Positions 1 through 13,100 of a stretch of 64,000 nucleotides of DNA are shown piece by piece. The notes under the pieces were generated by a model. The model worked only from the letters and a program-made list of their open reading frames with translations. It had not been told where the DNA came from and made no database searches. A program made the position numbers and the translations under genes. Position 1 is the first letter of the stretch; the number at the start of each line of letters is the position of its first letter. This DNA is from Chrysomallon squamiferum. Taxonomy: Eukaryota; Animalia; Mollusca. The DNA lies in contig CM022677.1 in NCBI GenBank assembly GCA_012295275.1, positions 4,402,001 through 4,466,000 of the forward strand. Reading direction: 5' to 3'.

Positions 1-591
1 CTTACAAACATAAAAACAGTTATAGTGATTTTTTTATGTGAAGAACCCAGATCTTTTATTATCTTAATTAAATAACAAATATATGTTCAGACTGTACAAG
101 ATATTCCAAGATATATTAATATCTTAATCAAAGAACAGTTATAACAAATGTTTTAATGAAACGTTAAAAGAAAATCAAGTAAATAACACTTTGATTTTAT
201 AAAAGAAAACATTTTTTTTTATAAATGGAATATATGTATCACTTTAGAAATGTGCTGCTTAATGCTTTACTATTGTGATTATCAACAAACCTAATGTAAT
301 TCATTAGCCTTAAAGTTTCACCAAATCATCAACAACTGAAACAGCCATATTTCTTTTTTAGTGAAATAAATATTTTGTTATTTAAATCATTTTTCACTTT
401 TGTAGGCAGAAAAGTAATTTTATTCCTCAGATTACTTAATGACAATACCTTTACTCACAATGTAGAGATTGTTATTTATTGTTATCTTAGAATAGATGCA
501 TAAATGCATCACAGGAAACAACATGCCCACCTGTCTGTATATAATTTGTTTAAAAGAAAATTACAGTATCAGTATAATTAGTGCTTGTTAC

Positions 592-742
592 CTGGACATA
601 AGACATTTGTTTCACATGCTTCTTGAAGATTCCTCTTCGTATCTGTGCATGTTCATATCTCAAATCTTGTTCCAGTGCCTCTACCACGTTTCACTACAAC
701 TACCCAGTCTCTGAAGTGACCATGCAGACCAGGCACCATCAA
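592..742 (-). pseudogene. Thrombospondin type-1 repeat (TSR) exon, disrupted
   Basis: AG/GT-flanked phase 1-1 exon. It translates as (V)DGAWSAWSLQRLGSCSET[fs]RGTGTRFEI*TCTDTKRNLQEACETNVLCP, matching the TSR pattern DGxWSxWS..CSxTC..G.R.R.R.C...C...C. It has a frameshift, an in-frame TGA and a shortened middle. Confidence 0.8.
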
Positions 743-1649
743 CTTTAAGCGTGAAATTAAAGAATAAATAAATTAATATATAAATATATAAATAAATATA
801 TTAAAAATGAGAATTAAATAGTCTTTAATTGCACTTGAAATCTAGTACTGAGATGATTTTCTTTTATGTAGAAGTTGAATAACACTTTAACTTGCCTGCA
901 CAAAGCTTAGTGAGTGTTTCAATTGTTCTGCCAGTACAGAATAGTCTGCTGCTGTCAATACATGAGTTGCTGAGGATCCAATTCTAAGATATATTAATAT
1001 CTTTAAGACAGGTTATTGATCAGCTATGCAAAATTATCTCTGAATTAATGTTATACTGATCATGTTATAAGGCAGATAAAAATTATTTATACCTCAAAGT
1101 ATTTAACAAATATAAATTGTTTGACAAGATAAATATATGTAATTATTTAAAATCATATTACAAAAATTATTTTTAAAATCTCTAATAATGCTTGCAGGAG
1201 GCACTGGATTGGAAAATGGATGAAAAACAAATAAAAAATAAATAAATAAATGCATAGCTTAATTTATGTGTTTGTGTGTGTATGTGTGTTTTTGTATGCA
1301 AATGTGTACACCAACACACACACACACCAATGTAAACACACATCATGGATTCATATATATTTTATTTATACTCATCAATATTCAGTCCATTCTCAGCAGC
1401 TTACCTCTATCACACAGTGTGTGAGTGAATGCGTGCATGTGTATGTATGTGTATGCACAGATAGATAGATAGATCAGATAGATCCTGAAGTCACTATCAG
1501 TAATTGCAATATATCATCACTAGATAAGTTTCTATATTTTTCAGTCAGTAAACAAAAACAATGTTACTTTTTTTAATATTTAATTACCAGTTTAATCTTA
1601 AAAGGCCCTAGTGCTTGTACAAACTTCAGTTTATCAGTAGCTCCATCCA

Positions 1650-2500
1650 TATGCAGGACAGACAGTCGGTGTGTGGGTGACTAGGATAAAAACGGGTGAG
1701 CTTAGGGTCCCAGACAGAAAAGGTGAGTTGAACACATGCCCTCCCACCCTACCCCGGAAGCACGGGCTGTCTGCCAGGGGAAAGTGTTCTCACCTATTTT
1801 TATCTATCTGCCCCCTGCCCTAGTCCCCGGCATTTTTCGAGATTCCATTTATCCCATACAGATAATTAGCGTACGTAAGCTTAGTGAGTACATCTCATGT
1901 AAGGCTAAAGACGCGAGCACATAGCACTAAAGGGAGATAACTCTAATCAGTATAATTTTTACTTTATTTAGTGAGTACCTCTCACATAAGGGAGATAACT
2001 TTAATCAATATAACTTTTACTTTGCTTAGTGAGTACATCTCATGTAAGGGACACAATTCTAATCTATGTTTGTGAACACATATCACTAAAGGGAGATAAC
2101 GCTAATCAATATAATTTTTACTATGCTTAGTGAATGCATCTCAAGTAAGGGATTTAACTTTAATCTATGTTTGTGAACACATATCACTAAAGGGAGATAA
2201 CACTAATCGATATAATTTTTACTTGGCAGAGTAAACTCCTCCCACTTCTGGTGACACATCACGGGGTATGTCATATTATATATAAAGAAAGTGATTTTTA
2301 CACAACCTTTCATAGATGAATTTGATAAATAAAGTACTGCTGTGGAACCTCCAAAAACGCTGAGATTCAATCCCACTATCTCACACACATGAACCTGCTG
2401 ACAAGAAACTTTAAAGTTTCAGCTTGGTTCTGTACTTCACAAGCTGTGAGAGTGCAGGGCAGACAGCCAGCGTGTGGGGGACTAGGGCAGGGGGGGGCGT
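1650..2500. mobile_element. Non-autonomous MITE-like element with inverted repeats and internal AAGGGAGATAAC-type repeats
   Basis: ccccctgccctagtcccc (1811-1828) is the reverse complement of ggggactagggcaggggg (2477-2494). Between them are several imperfect copies of aagggagataac..taatc..tataatttttact. Confidence 0.5.
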
Positions 2501-2826
2501 TTTTATTTCTTAAACTATTATTTTTATTATTCTGCTATTACAATCTTCTACTGTGTGAATAATTTTTTTATTAGAATTATTTTTTCTTAACTTTGCTGAA
2601 TAATTAAACAGCATTTCTTTAGCACTTAACTAAACAAATTAAATGAAACAGAAATCTAAATTAGAAAATATAATTATTTTTTTTATTATTTTCTTTTTTC
2701 AAAATTTGTTTTGTTTTTGTTAATGCTGTTAGCCATTATCATCCTTATATTCATTCCTGTTAATGGACAACAGAGTTATTTCTCTTAGACTACTTTGTCT
2801 ATGAAATTGACTAATTATTATTATTA

Positions 2827-2873
<47 letters not shown>

Positions 2874-3477
2874 TCTCTCTTTGTTTGTGTGTTCTTAGTT
2901 TATTTCATATATTTAAAATGTTTCTTTACTAAAAATTAATGCTATTCAGAATAAAAATAAGAATTTAAATTTATTAATTTATAGATTCCGTTTTGATACA
3001 TGAAAATTTGTATATTTCATTTATTATGATTAGAGAAAGAGAGATTTGGCTTTCATTACAACTGTAAGATTGTATGTTTTCATAAAAATTTCATTTCACA
3101 GCAAAAATGTAGTATAAAAATTTCAAATACATGTAAATACTGTTTTTCAGCCTTTTCATACTGATACATTATTTAAATTTCACAAATATAATGATTTCTA
3201 GAGCATGACATCAATTCAGGTGTTCAAAAGTTTAATTAAGTTTGTGTGTGTGTGCGTGCGTATGTGCGTTTCATCTATCTTTCAGTTTTGTTTGTTTTTA
3301 TTTTTGTTGTTGATATTATTGCTAACATTGTTATTATTGTTATTGTAGTACATAATTATACTATTTTTATTATTGTTGTTATTGCTAATAGTGGTGTTAT
3401 AGCTGTCGCTTTTGCTGCTGGTTAATGTTGCTTTAGGTAGAATTGATAAGTTTGTGTGGAGAGAAGAAAGCGAGTTA

Positions 3478-4130
3478 CAGAGAGAGTTAGAGAGAAAAAG
3501 ACAGAGACAGAGAAAAACACATGGAGAGAGATACAGTCAGAGACAGACAGCTAGACAGAGAGAAAGAGAGACAGAGACACAGTTAGTGTCAGAGAGACAG
3601 AGAGAAAGAATGAGTCAGAGAGACATAGACAGAGAGACACACAGAGATACAGAGACAGACAGACAGAGAGACAGAGAGAAAGAGAGACAAAGACAGAGAG
3701 GAAGAGGGACAGAGAGACAGAGACACAGATAGAGTGTCAGACAGACAGAGAGAAAGAGTGAGACAGAGAGAAAAAGAGAGAGAAAGAGAGTCAGAGAGAC
3801 AGAGAGGAAGAGGGACAGAGATAGAGGGAGAAAGAGACAGAGAGAAAAAGAGACAGGGACATAGCAATACAGAGAGATAGAGACAGGGAGAGAGTCAGAC
3901 AGAGAGACAGAAATACTGAGAGAGTCAGAGAAAGAAAGATATAGCACAGAGAAAAAGAGAGATTCAGAGAGAGACAGAGACAGAGGGAGAAAGACAGAAA
4001 CAAATATACATAGACAGAGAGATATAGAGAGAGACCAAGAAAGAAAGAGAGAGACAGAAACAGAGACAAAGAGAGAAAAGAGAGAGACAGAGATAGACAG
4101 AGAAAGAGAGACAGTGATAGAGAGAGAGTC

Positions 4131-4161
<31 letters not shown>

Positions 4162-4168
4162 AAGAGAC
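3478..4168. repeat. Degenerate (AG/AGAC)n purine-rich microsatellite
   Basis: Continuous GA/GACA low-complexity tract; the source of several spurious ORFs. Confidence 0.95.
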
Positions 4169-6989
4169 TAACCATTTAACAAATACTAACTCTTACTAAC
4201 ATCCCCTACGTGTACTGAACCTCACCGTGGTGTAGGGTGGCAACATTTCCAAAGGGAATGGCTAATTAGTACATTAATATAATAACATTTAATTGGTTAG
4301 ATAGATAGACAGATAGATAGATTATGACAGATAAATAGAAATACCTACATACAGAGATAGTTAATGAAGATAGATGAACAGATGGATACATAAGGTATTG
4401 CTACTTTTCCTAATTTCGATTTAATTTGAAAGCCCTTTCTATATAGAGAGAGACAGAGAGGCCAACAGAGTATAGACAGACGTGTATGTACTTAAGAATA
4501 AGTTATGACATATAAATATCTCCCTCTTGCTTTCTTACTCTCTCTCTCTCACTCTCCAAATTACTTACCTGCATATTTCTATCTATCTATCTGTCTATCT
4601 ATATATTTGTTTTATTTCATCATCAGTTTCTCTGGCTATTTGTCTATCTATGTATCTGTCTGTTTGTTGATCAACCTGTGGTGTAGCTTAATGTTATTAC
4701 GTGTCTAGCTAACCATTTATTCATTGCTATATACATTTACCTATCTATCCTCTGTCTGTCTGTTTATAACTATATCTATCTATCTATCTATCTATCTATT
4801 TATTTATTTATTTATATAATTATCTCTCATTTTCTGAAAAATCATACACAGGGCATACTTCACACTTCATACACACAGGGCAGAGTTACCTCAAAAGTCT
4901 TCCAAGCTGGTCAAGAAAATCCTTGGAAATGCTGGAGCCAAAGTTTGTGCTGGGGGTATGATAGCTATATTTATACAACTATTTTGTTTCGTGTATGAGT
5001 CTGTTTCTTACTATTATTTCACGATCAGGCAATTTTGTGGATTTTGTACATTCCCCTTTTTTTAGCCAGATTTATCTAAATAAACAAATATAGAAATGAA
5101 AATTAATAAAATAAAAATAACAATAACAATAAATAAAAAAAATAAGCATCAAGCTTATCATTCTAAATCTTAAATAACTAATGTTTAAATAACTAATGTT
5201 TACCTATTCCAGGCTAGAAGCATATTATTAATTTCACAATAAAATCTTTGGGAAGAAATATCTCAGCCATGGAAAATGATTATAAATTATCAATGAATTA
5301 CACTTTAACAATGTTGTAATGCTGACTTTATTTATCTGGATAAGCAGCAAAAGTAACTTTAAAAACAACTAAATCCTTTGCCTGAGCAAACCTTATAATT
5401 AATGAGTTAAGCCATTACAAGCCCTGCATTCCTATGTACTTAAACACATTACTATTATTTATTATTATAAAATACATACCACTAACTTCAGAACAGTTTT
5501 CTGTTTTACTGACTTCCTCTGTCTGTCTAGTATCAGTATCAGATGAATTTGTCATCTTCAGGGTTCTTTTTTCATAATCACCTGCAAAACCAGAAAGAGA
5601 TTTATTTTCAGCTTGCACAATTAAATTTGCAAAACAAGATTACATTTTAGCAATTTTGGAAGTAAAGCTGATTAGCCACAATTAACTAACTCAAAATTGT
5701 TTCCAGCTTACAGGTTGTTTTATCTGTATTCATTTTTATTTCATCTTTCATCTTCAACTTCTACAATGATCTAACAGACTGTTTTGGCAGGCATCCCGGC
5801 TATTATTATAATATATGATCCTAAAATTGGGATAGAATTATATCTCATAGGAAAAAACAAATTTATAAATAAAAGTTAAAGAAAGGTGTTAATCCCAAAT
5901 CTGCACTAATTACTTCTGCTAGTTAGATTCTTCAATGAAATGAACGTCAGATCTATATCTGATGGATGCTATTAATTTAAATGTTATGATATACATGCAG
6001 AGAAGTTTTGAATGCCAGTATTTAAAAATATATATATATAAATAAATTAAATATTAAAAATAAAAAAATAAAATAAATATAAATAAAATTTGTCTGAAAG
6101 CTTGTAATTTTAAACTTTTATTTGCAGTTGTAAAATTACTTAAAATAAAAAAACAAACAAATAAAGCATTTTCTAATAACCTAACAAACTGAAGAGGCAA
6201 ATTTTAACATAAATACTATAACCAAACTGATTAAAACAAAAAACAGATGAATACAGAAATGTGACTGTACAAATTATTTATAATTTTAATTACAATGAAA
6301 ATAAATTTCAACTTTACAAACAAACAAACAACAAAACACAACATTTATTATATGGCCTGAAAAATAATATTAATTTATTGGTATCTAAGTATCATTCTAT
6401 GAATTCTATGAAAAAATAAATAAATATATATTCAAAATAGCTAACCTGAAATATATTTTCAATGATATATTTATCTAATTATATAAACATAAAACAACTT
6501 CCAGTAAGATATAACATGGAATTAAACAAATAAATGATTACATTTTCTTTGATATATTATTAGAAAATTATTACCAGTATGAAAAAGGAATATTTATTTC
6601 CTAATTAAATTTTAATTATTAATTTCTTAATAAAAAAATTAAGGCAAACAACTGTCCTTGAGCTTATACTTTGAAGTTATATCCTTGATATTATTAAAAT
6701 TATATATTCTGCTGGAATTTTTAAAAACAGTTCATATTTTATTATACCGTAATAAAATTGATGTGATGATGACATCTGTTTTAAAAAGATTATTAAGTTT
6801 TGCTATGTTTGTGCAAGACATATCTTTACTTAAAAACTGTTAAGGTTTATTATGACAAAAAGTGCAAGAATTGGTAACATTTTTTTATAAAAAAATTATA
6901 GATTTCCTTAATTGTTAGGATGAACATTGAGTTTTAATAAACTATATGATATAAAAATACAGTTTTGTCTTAACACAAAAGTTTGTCTT

Positions 6990-7107
<118 letters not shown>

Positions 7108-10004
7108 TAGCATTAGCATAATCACCACCACTATTATCATAATAACTACTGTTACTATGTTTTCTTAGATGCTCATTACTAAGAACTGACAGGTAATAAT
7201 ATGAAAAGCTAGTTCACCTTCTGTGTATTGCCTTGACGTCTCCAAAGCTTTTCCAAATGATGCAGCTGTTGCATAACCCTTTAGGAAAGAAAGAAAATAA
7301 AACAAAATATGAAATTACATTCCTGTATAAAATTATGTGATCAACCAAGCTTTTAAAATATAATTCTAATTTTGTTACTGATGTTGATATATAATATATA
7401 TATATATATAGTTTTCTCTCTGTTTTACTAATTTCCTGTAGTACATTACATATTTAAAATGATTCTACACAAATCAAAGCTGAACATAACCTTAAGAAAA
7501 GATATTTGTTTTGTAAACATTTTCTCTATAATCCTTAAATTCACCATCTTTAAATATAATCGTCAAACAGCTGTACTGTTGATAAGAAAACAGGAGAGTG
7601 AAAATAAATAAATTTGTGTTTTGCTAGTTAATATTGTCAGTAACAGTAACGTGTGAACACAGAAAGTGAAGGTATGTGTGTTATACTTGATAAATCTAAA
7701 AAGTGTTTTATTTAACTGATTAAAAAGCTCATTTTGATTTTTATTAAGACCAATAGTAAATAAATAAATGAAATGCACAACAATTAATGTTTTTACTTTA
7801 GTAAAAATTGAGAAGGAAAAATGCCTATTGTTAACCAAACTTACAAAAACATACTTTTTAACAATTACTGGCTAATGATCATGTACTTAAAATATATAAT
7901 CATCATTCTTATCTTTACATTTTATTTTACTATGATCATGTGTGAAAACTTGATAGCAAAACATGATTAAATCTTTACTTACCTTTTCACTGCTACCATT
8001 TTCTGCATATTCAGCAGGCTTATTGTCATCCATTCTGAAACAAAAATAAAAGGATAATAAATCCAATAAGTCAGTAGGCAATTTAAATATTTTGGAAAAA
8101 CACAAAGAATTACTAAGAAATGTATTTAAAATAATTTTAAAAATAATAGTTAAAAAAATTATTCATTGCAAATGCAGCTTGATGATTTACGGAGTTCACT
8201 GACAGGTTTCATACAGCAATGTGGTCACAACAAGGGAAGGACCTCTGCCTGTTGTGGAACAATGAAATATAAATTCACTACCTAAATCTTATTGTTTTAG
8301 TTTAAGCAGCTGCATATCACCATGATGAAAATGACAAATGAGTTGAGAAAAGAAAACAAAGAAATAAAATAATAATTAGCTACCGTGTCAAAGTATTTGG
8401 CATTGTGATGTTTATCTACTCTTGTCACCTTGACCATCACAGTGATCAGTGTCTTCCTCGATCAAGGTTGATAATTTTATTGAGTGTCTGAAAATGTAAG
8501 CTGTAAGTTATTTAAGAGTTTGCGTAGAAAAATAAATGATTTAGGAAAACAAAAAATGGACAGACACAGAAAAAGAATATCAATTTTAAGGATTACATTC
8601 TGTAACAACCATAAAATAAAAAAGACCACAACATTTAGTGCAAAACTACTTAAAATTCTATAAATAAATATAATAAATACAAAAATGTTAATAACTATTT
8701 CTGTGTAACCTTTTCATAAACAGTGTAACTTTTAGTCACCACAGAAAATATATTAATATTTTTGGTTTCTCTGTTTCATCAATCAGCTTATATGTTTTTA
8801 CTGCAAAATATTTTTAAATGCAGACCTTTCAAACAAAAATGAAATTTTATTCTTCTTATTCAAATATTTTCACTGACCATTTCTGATAAATGATTTAATT
8901 AGACTTTCTAATAATTACTGACACATATACAAGTATTGAAACTAAGCAGGTTTTTCATTCTTAAATAAAATTCATAAAAGTATTATCAGATATTAACAGC
9001 TCTACATCAACCAGCAAATTTTGAAATATACTTTTTTTTCTATTAATTAAAATAAGAAATAATGTACTTATCTAACAATACAATAAGAGGAGTTTTAACA
9101 ACCAGACTATTCCTAGGAAAAACATACTTAATGATACTATATGGCTATCACTTGGGTTGAATGTAAAAATAAAACTAATATTTTCTTGCCTATTTCTGTA
9201 TTTTAAATTGATACATCAAATATCAGTTTTAGTACACCACAAATAAACAAATCAGTTCATGACAATTTGTCTTCAGTGTGTCCATTATAACATATGCTGT
9301 CTTAATCCAACCCTATTTTAATTCTTTTTCAAAAGATTTGAAATCTGAACCCCAGTAATCAGTCTAATAATATAAAAATATTCAATTAGTAAATCTTTAA
9401 AAATATAATCAATAACTGGCTTTGTGCATTACTTATATTAAGATCTGTTGTTGTTGTTGTTTTTTTTTAAAAGAAATATCTCAATATTGATATACACTGA
9501 CTTATTTTTATATTAAAAGTTTTATTTCTCATTTTATTATTGTTGTTATTGCATGATAGTTTCAGAATCACAATTAAATAATAATTAAAATAGCTTTATC
9601 TTTTTATTATTGTTGTTTTTGTACATATTTTTAGAATTACACTAAATATTATTAAAATAGTTTTATTTAACTTTTTATTGTTTTTGTAGTTATTAATGGA
9701 TCACATTTTAGTATTATGTTAAATATTATTAAAATAGTTTTATTGTCATCGTTATTGTTTTTGTTCTTGTCATACTTTGGTCTATGTGTATCAAAAAAGG
9801 GAGGGAATCAAGAATCCACTGTTGACATGAATTCATATAAGTAAAATGAAATAGACTTTAAATATCCCTCTCTATCTTACTGTGTTTTTCTATGTATCCA
9901 TTGGTATGAATTTTGTCTTTTTATCTGCCCATCAAACTCTAAGTAAATCAATCACTCACACCATGTATATCTAAACATTCCTCTAAATCCTTTTCCATGC
10001 ATCC

Positions 10005-10104
<100 letters not shown>

Positions 10105-13100
10105 TGCATATGAATATATATACATTTACTCCTCCTTTCACGTTAAATTCACAGCCACTCCTCAAAAACACACAAGAACATTCTCCTTCACATACATACA
10201 AACATTTCTGTAACAGAACAATGTACTCAAATTACATACCTATATGCCAACACGAATTTCCATATTGTCATATATGCATGTACCAACATATCATTTTCTT
10301 TTTTATCTATCTGTTCACATTCTGATCCATCAATAACCATCCATACATCATCTGTCCATCTCTGCAGCTACTTCCCTGCATAACTACCTTACAACTTCTG
10401 TATGTCTGTCCATTTATAACACAAGCACATTCTCATTCACACATTCTAGCACATCTAACACATGTACCTGCACTTCCATATACATGTAGTTACCCATCTT
10501 CCTATCCATCACTCTCTATCTCTCTTTGTATCTATCCATCAAACTGCTGAGTTATCTGTTGTACACACAAACCTACCTGTGTACCTACCTATCTGCTTCT
10601 TCTATCTTATCTAGTTTTCTTTTATCTTGTCCATCCATGCATATACAAACACATAACCATCCACCAATCATCTACCCAACTCCCTCTACATATCTAACTA
10701 TGTCTACATACCTACATTACAGCCTGTCTTTCTTTTTGTCCACCTACACACACACTGTATCTACATAACTTTATATATTTTCTTTCTCACTTTCCAAAGT
10801 AGTTGTTATTATCACTGTGTATCTTCCTCTCTATTAATTATTTACTTAATTACTTACTTTTACCTCCACCCTATTTTCTCTAATACATCTATTTAGAAAG
10901 GGCGCTTACCTGGAAACTTATCCATATTTCATCCTATCTACTGGGCTTCTTGTTTACAATAAAAGTTGATATAACCTTTACACCTCATCTTTTCAATATT
11001 AGTCTGTGATGTAGATAATAATACATCTCCTTAATTTCTTCTCACTTCTTCCTTTTTAATAGAAAAACAACAAAAAAGACATTAATCTTCACTTTTCACT
11101 ATGGACTTTTTATAAAGTATACCACTCTGAATATTATTTTAATAAAGGCATTTTTATTTTTGTTTTATATTTTCAGGGTTTTTATAATAAGAAGTGCTAA
11201 TGATAATCATCCATTCATTCTAAATGGCTTCTCTACTTGTCTCCAAGTGTTTCAAGTTTTCTGATCACACTGAACTAAGCAAGCAGAAGAAATAGAAGAA
11301 AATGAAACATCTCAACAAAAAATAAAAAGAAGCTGAATGCTTGGAGAATACTGAGAACTTCTAGAATAATCCACAGCAAACAAAAGTTTAAAAACATTAC
11401 TTGTGTGAGTCATGGACTACTTACTGAATAATTTATAAAACTGTGAAAGTGTGTTTTCAGACTGGAAGTCAGTGTTGTTCATACAAGATATAGTTACATA
11501 CAGACCAGTATACATAATGTTTGGACCAGACACAGCACCAAGTTCAGTCAGGTCTGTGAAAAAAAAGACTTTAGTTTTCAAAAATGATTTACGTTAGAAA
11601 TCCTTGATTACTGCTTTGAAAAAAAAATACACATTTTATATAAAGGTGTTTGGTCCAGGGGAGATAATTTCGTTTTTCTGTTTTATTTTTTTGTTTTTCT
11701 TATTTTGTTTTTAAACAAAATCTACTAAATTATCTATATCAAATATAAAATAACAAAGAACACTTAGACTTCTGGTAAAGATGTACCCAATAAAGGTATC
11801 TTAATAAAACATAAAATGGAAATAAATAATTTTGTGTGTTTCTGAAGATAAAATCAGACAAATTTTCTGAAAAAATAATTTTCAGATTACAAATTATTTA
11901 TTGAGCTTTTAAGTTTTTTGTAAACAAATATCTTAGTTATTTCATTTTGTATATTTTATTATTTTACTTTTGTTGGATAGATCAGAAATCTTGGTATTTT
12001 TATATTTTACAGCACCCTTTGCTCTCATCTTAAAAACCTTATAAACATTTTAAAACATTTTTAATTTAAAAGTTCAGTATTTTATAAAATGCTTTTCTAA
12101 ATTTTTATGTAAGGAATTATATGACATTTTTCTAAAATTAAGTTTTTTGTATGAAAGAGTAGTTCTGATATTAATTTGTTTTCTTGTTGAAATAAACATT
12201 TTGAATTATTTTGTATTCTGTTTTTAATTTAATATTTTTAGCTAACATTATCAAGCATCCTAACATGAGGAATATTTTTATTTACATAGTTTTGGCACAT
12301 TAACCTAAACTTAATAAATATTACAAATTTTTATATATTAGTAGCTGTACAAAATTATTTGAATTTTCTGATTCAGGGTGAGTGCATGAAATGTCTGTAA
12401 CACAGTAAGAAAAAAAAAACACAGACTAGTTTAGACTGTTTATTTTAAGAAAAGTAATTAAAATTTGATTACATATATTTATTTATTTGTATTTTAAAAA
12501 CTGAAAAGCAAAACAGATTTCACCCATTTTATCCAGTCAGTAAGAGATATAAACATTTACTCAGTCTGTCAGGAATTGTTCTTTACACTGTCAAACTAGA
12601 AGTGAAAACATCAGCCTAAGAGACACACACTGATGTACTGGGTGAACCAAAACATATTTTCTGAACTTTAACACCTCATATTTCCTATGTCACAGTTTGA
12701 TGTGTAGATTGGGAAAACAATTCCTGACTGCAGCACTGTGAGAAGACAGCAACTGTTACAGTCTCTGATACTGCATTGTCCCACTCTGCTGTATGAGTCA
12801 GGTAAAGGACTAGCTCAGTCCTTCGTATCGTCAGTGTGGCGAGACATCACTCTCATGAACACTGCCTTCCCAAGTTTCTGTCTCATCTTGTTCTGCTGTT
12901 TTCTTCTCTCTGTTTCCTTTCTCTTCTCGTCCAGCTTCAGTTTCAGACGTCACCTGCTCTTCAACTTCCTGTCTGTTGTATTTGCCACCGTCATGCACTG
13001 TCCTCTCAGTCATCTGCCAAGTGCTTTCATTTGACAACATAACAAATGAAGTGTTTAAACAAACATCAGCTTATTTTCACAAGAACACAGACTTCAACAG

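Larger units (their letters stand above)
241..4925 (+). repeat. Segmental duplication copy 1 (paralogous to ~54180-58150 and 63955-64000)
   Basis: Colinear shared unique blocks: ctttagaaatgtgctg (242/54181), cacaggaaacaacatgcccacctgtctgta (510/54418), catcccctacgtgtactgaacctcaccgtggtgtagggtggcaaca (4200/57282), gagttacct..aagtcttccaagctggtcaa (4884/63955). Confidence 0.93.

Noticed and set aside
3412-4175. Long ORFs rich in R/E/Q or S/L/C (also at 25.3-26.0, 35.8-36.3, 38.1-38.6, 55.7-56.4 and 59.5-59.9 kb)
   Set aside because: They are translations of microsatellites that lack stop codons by composition.
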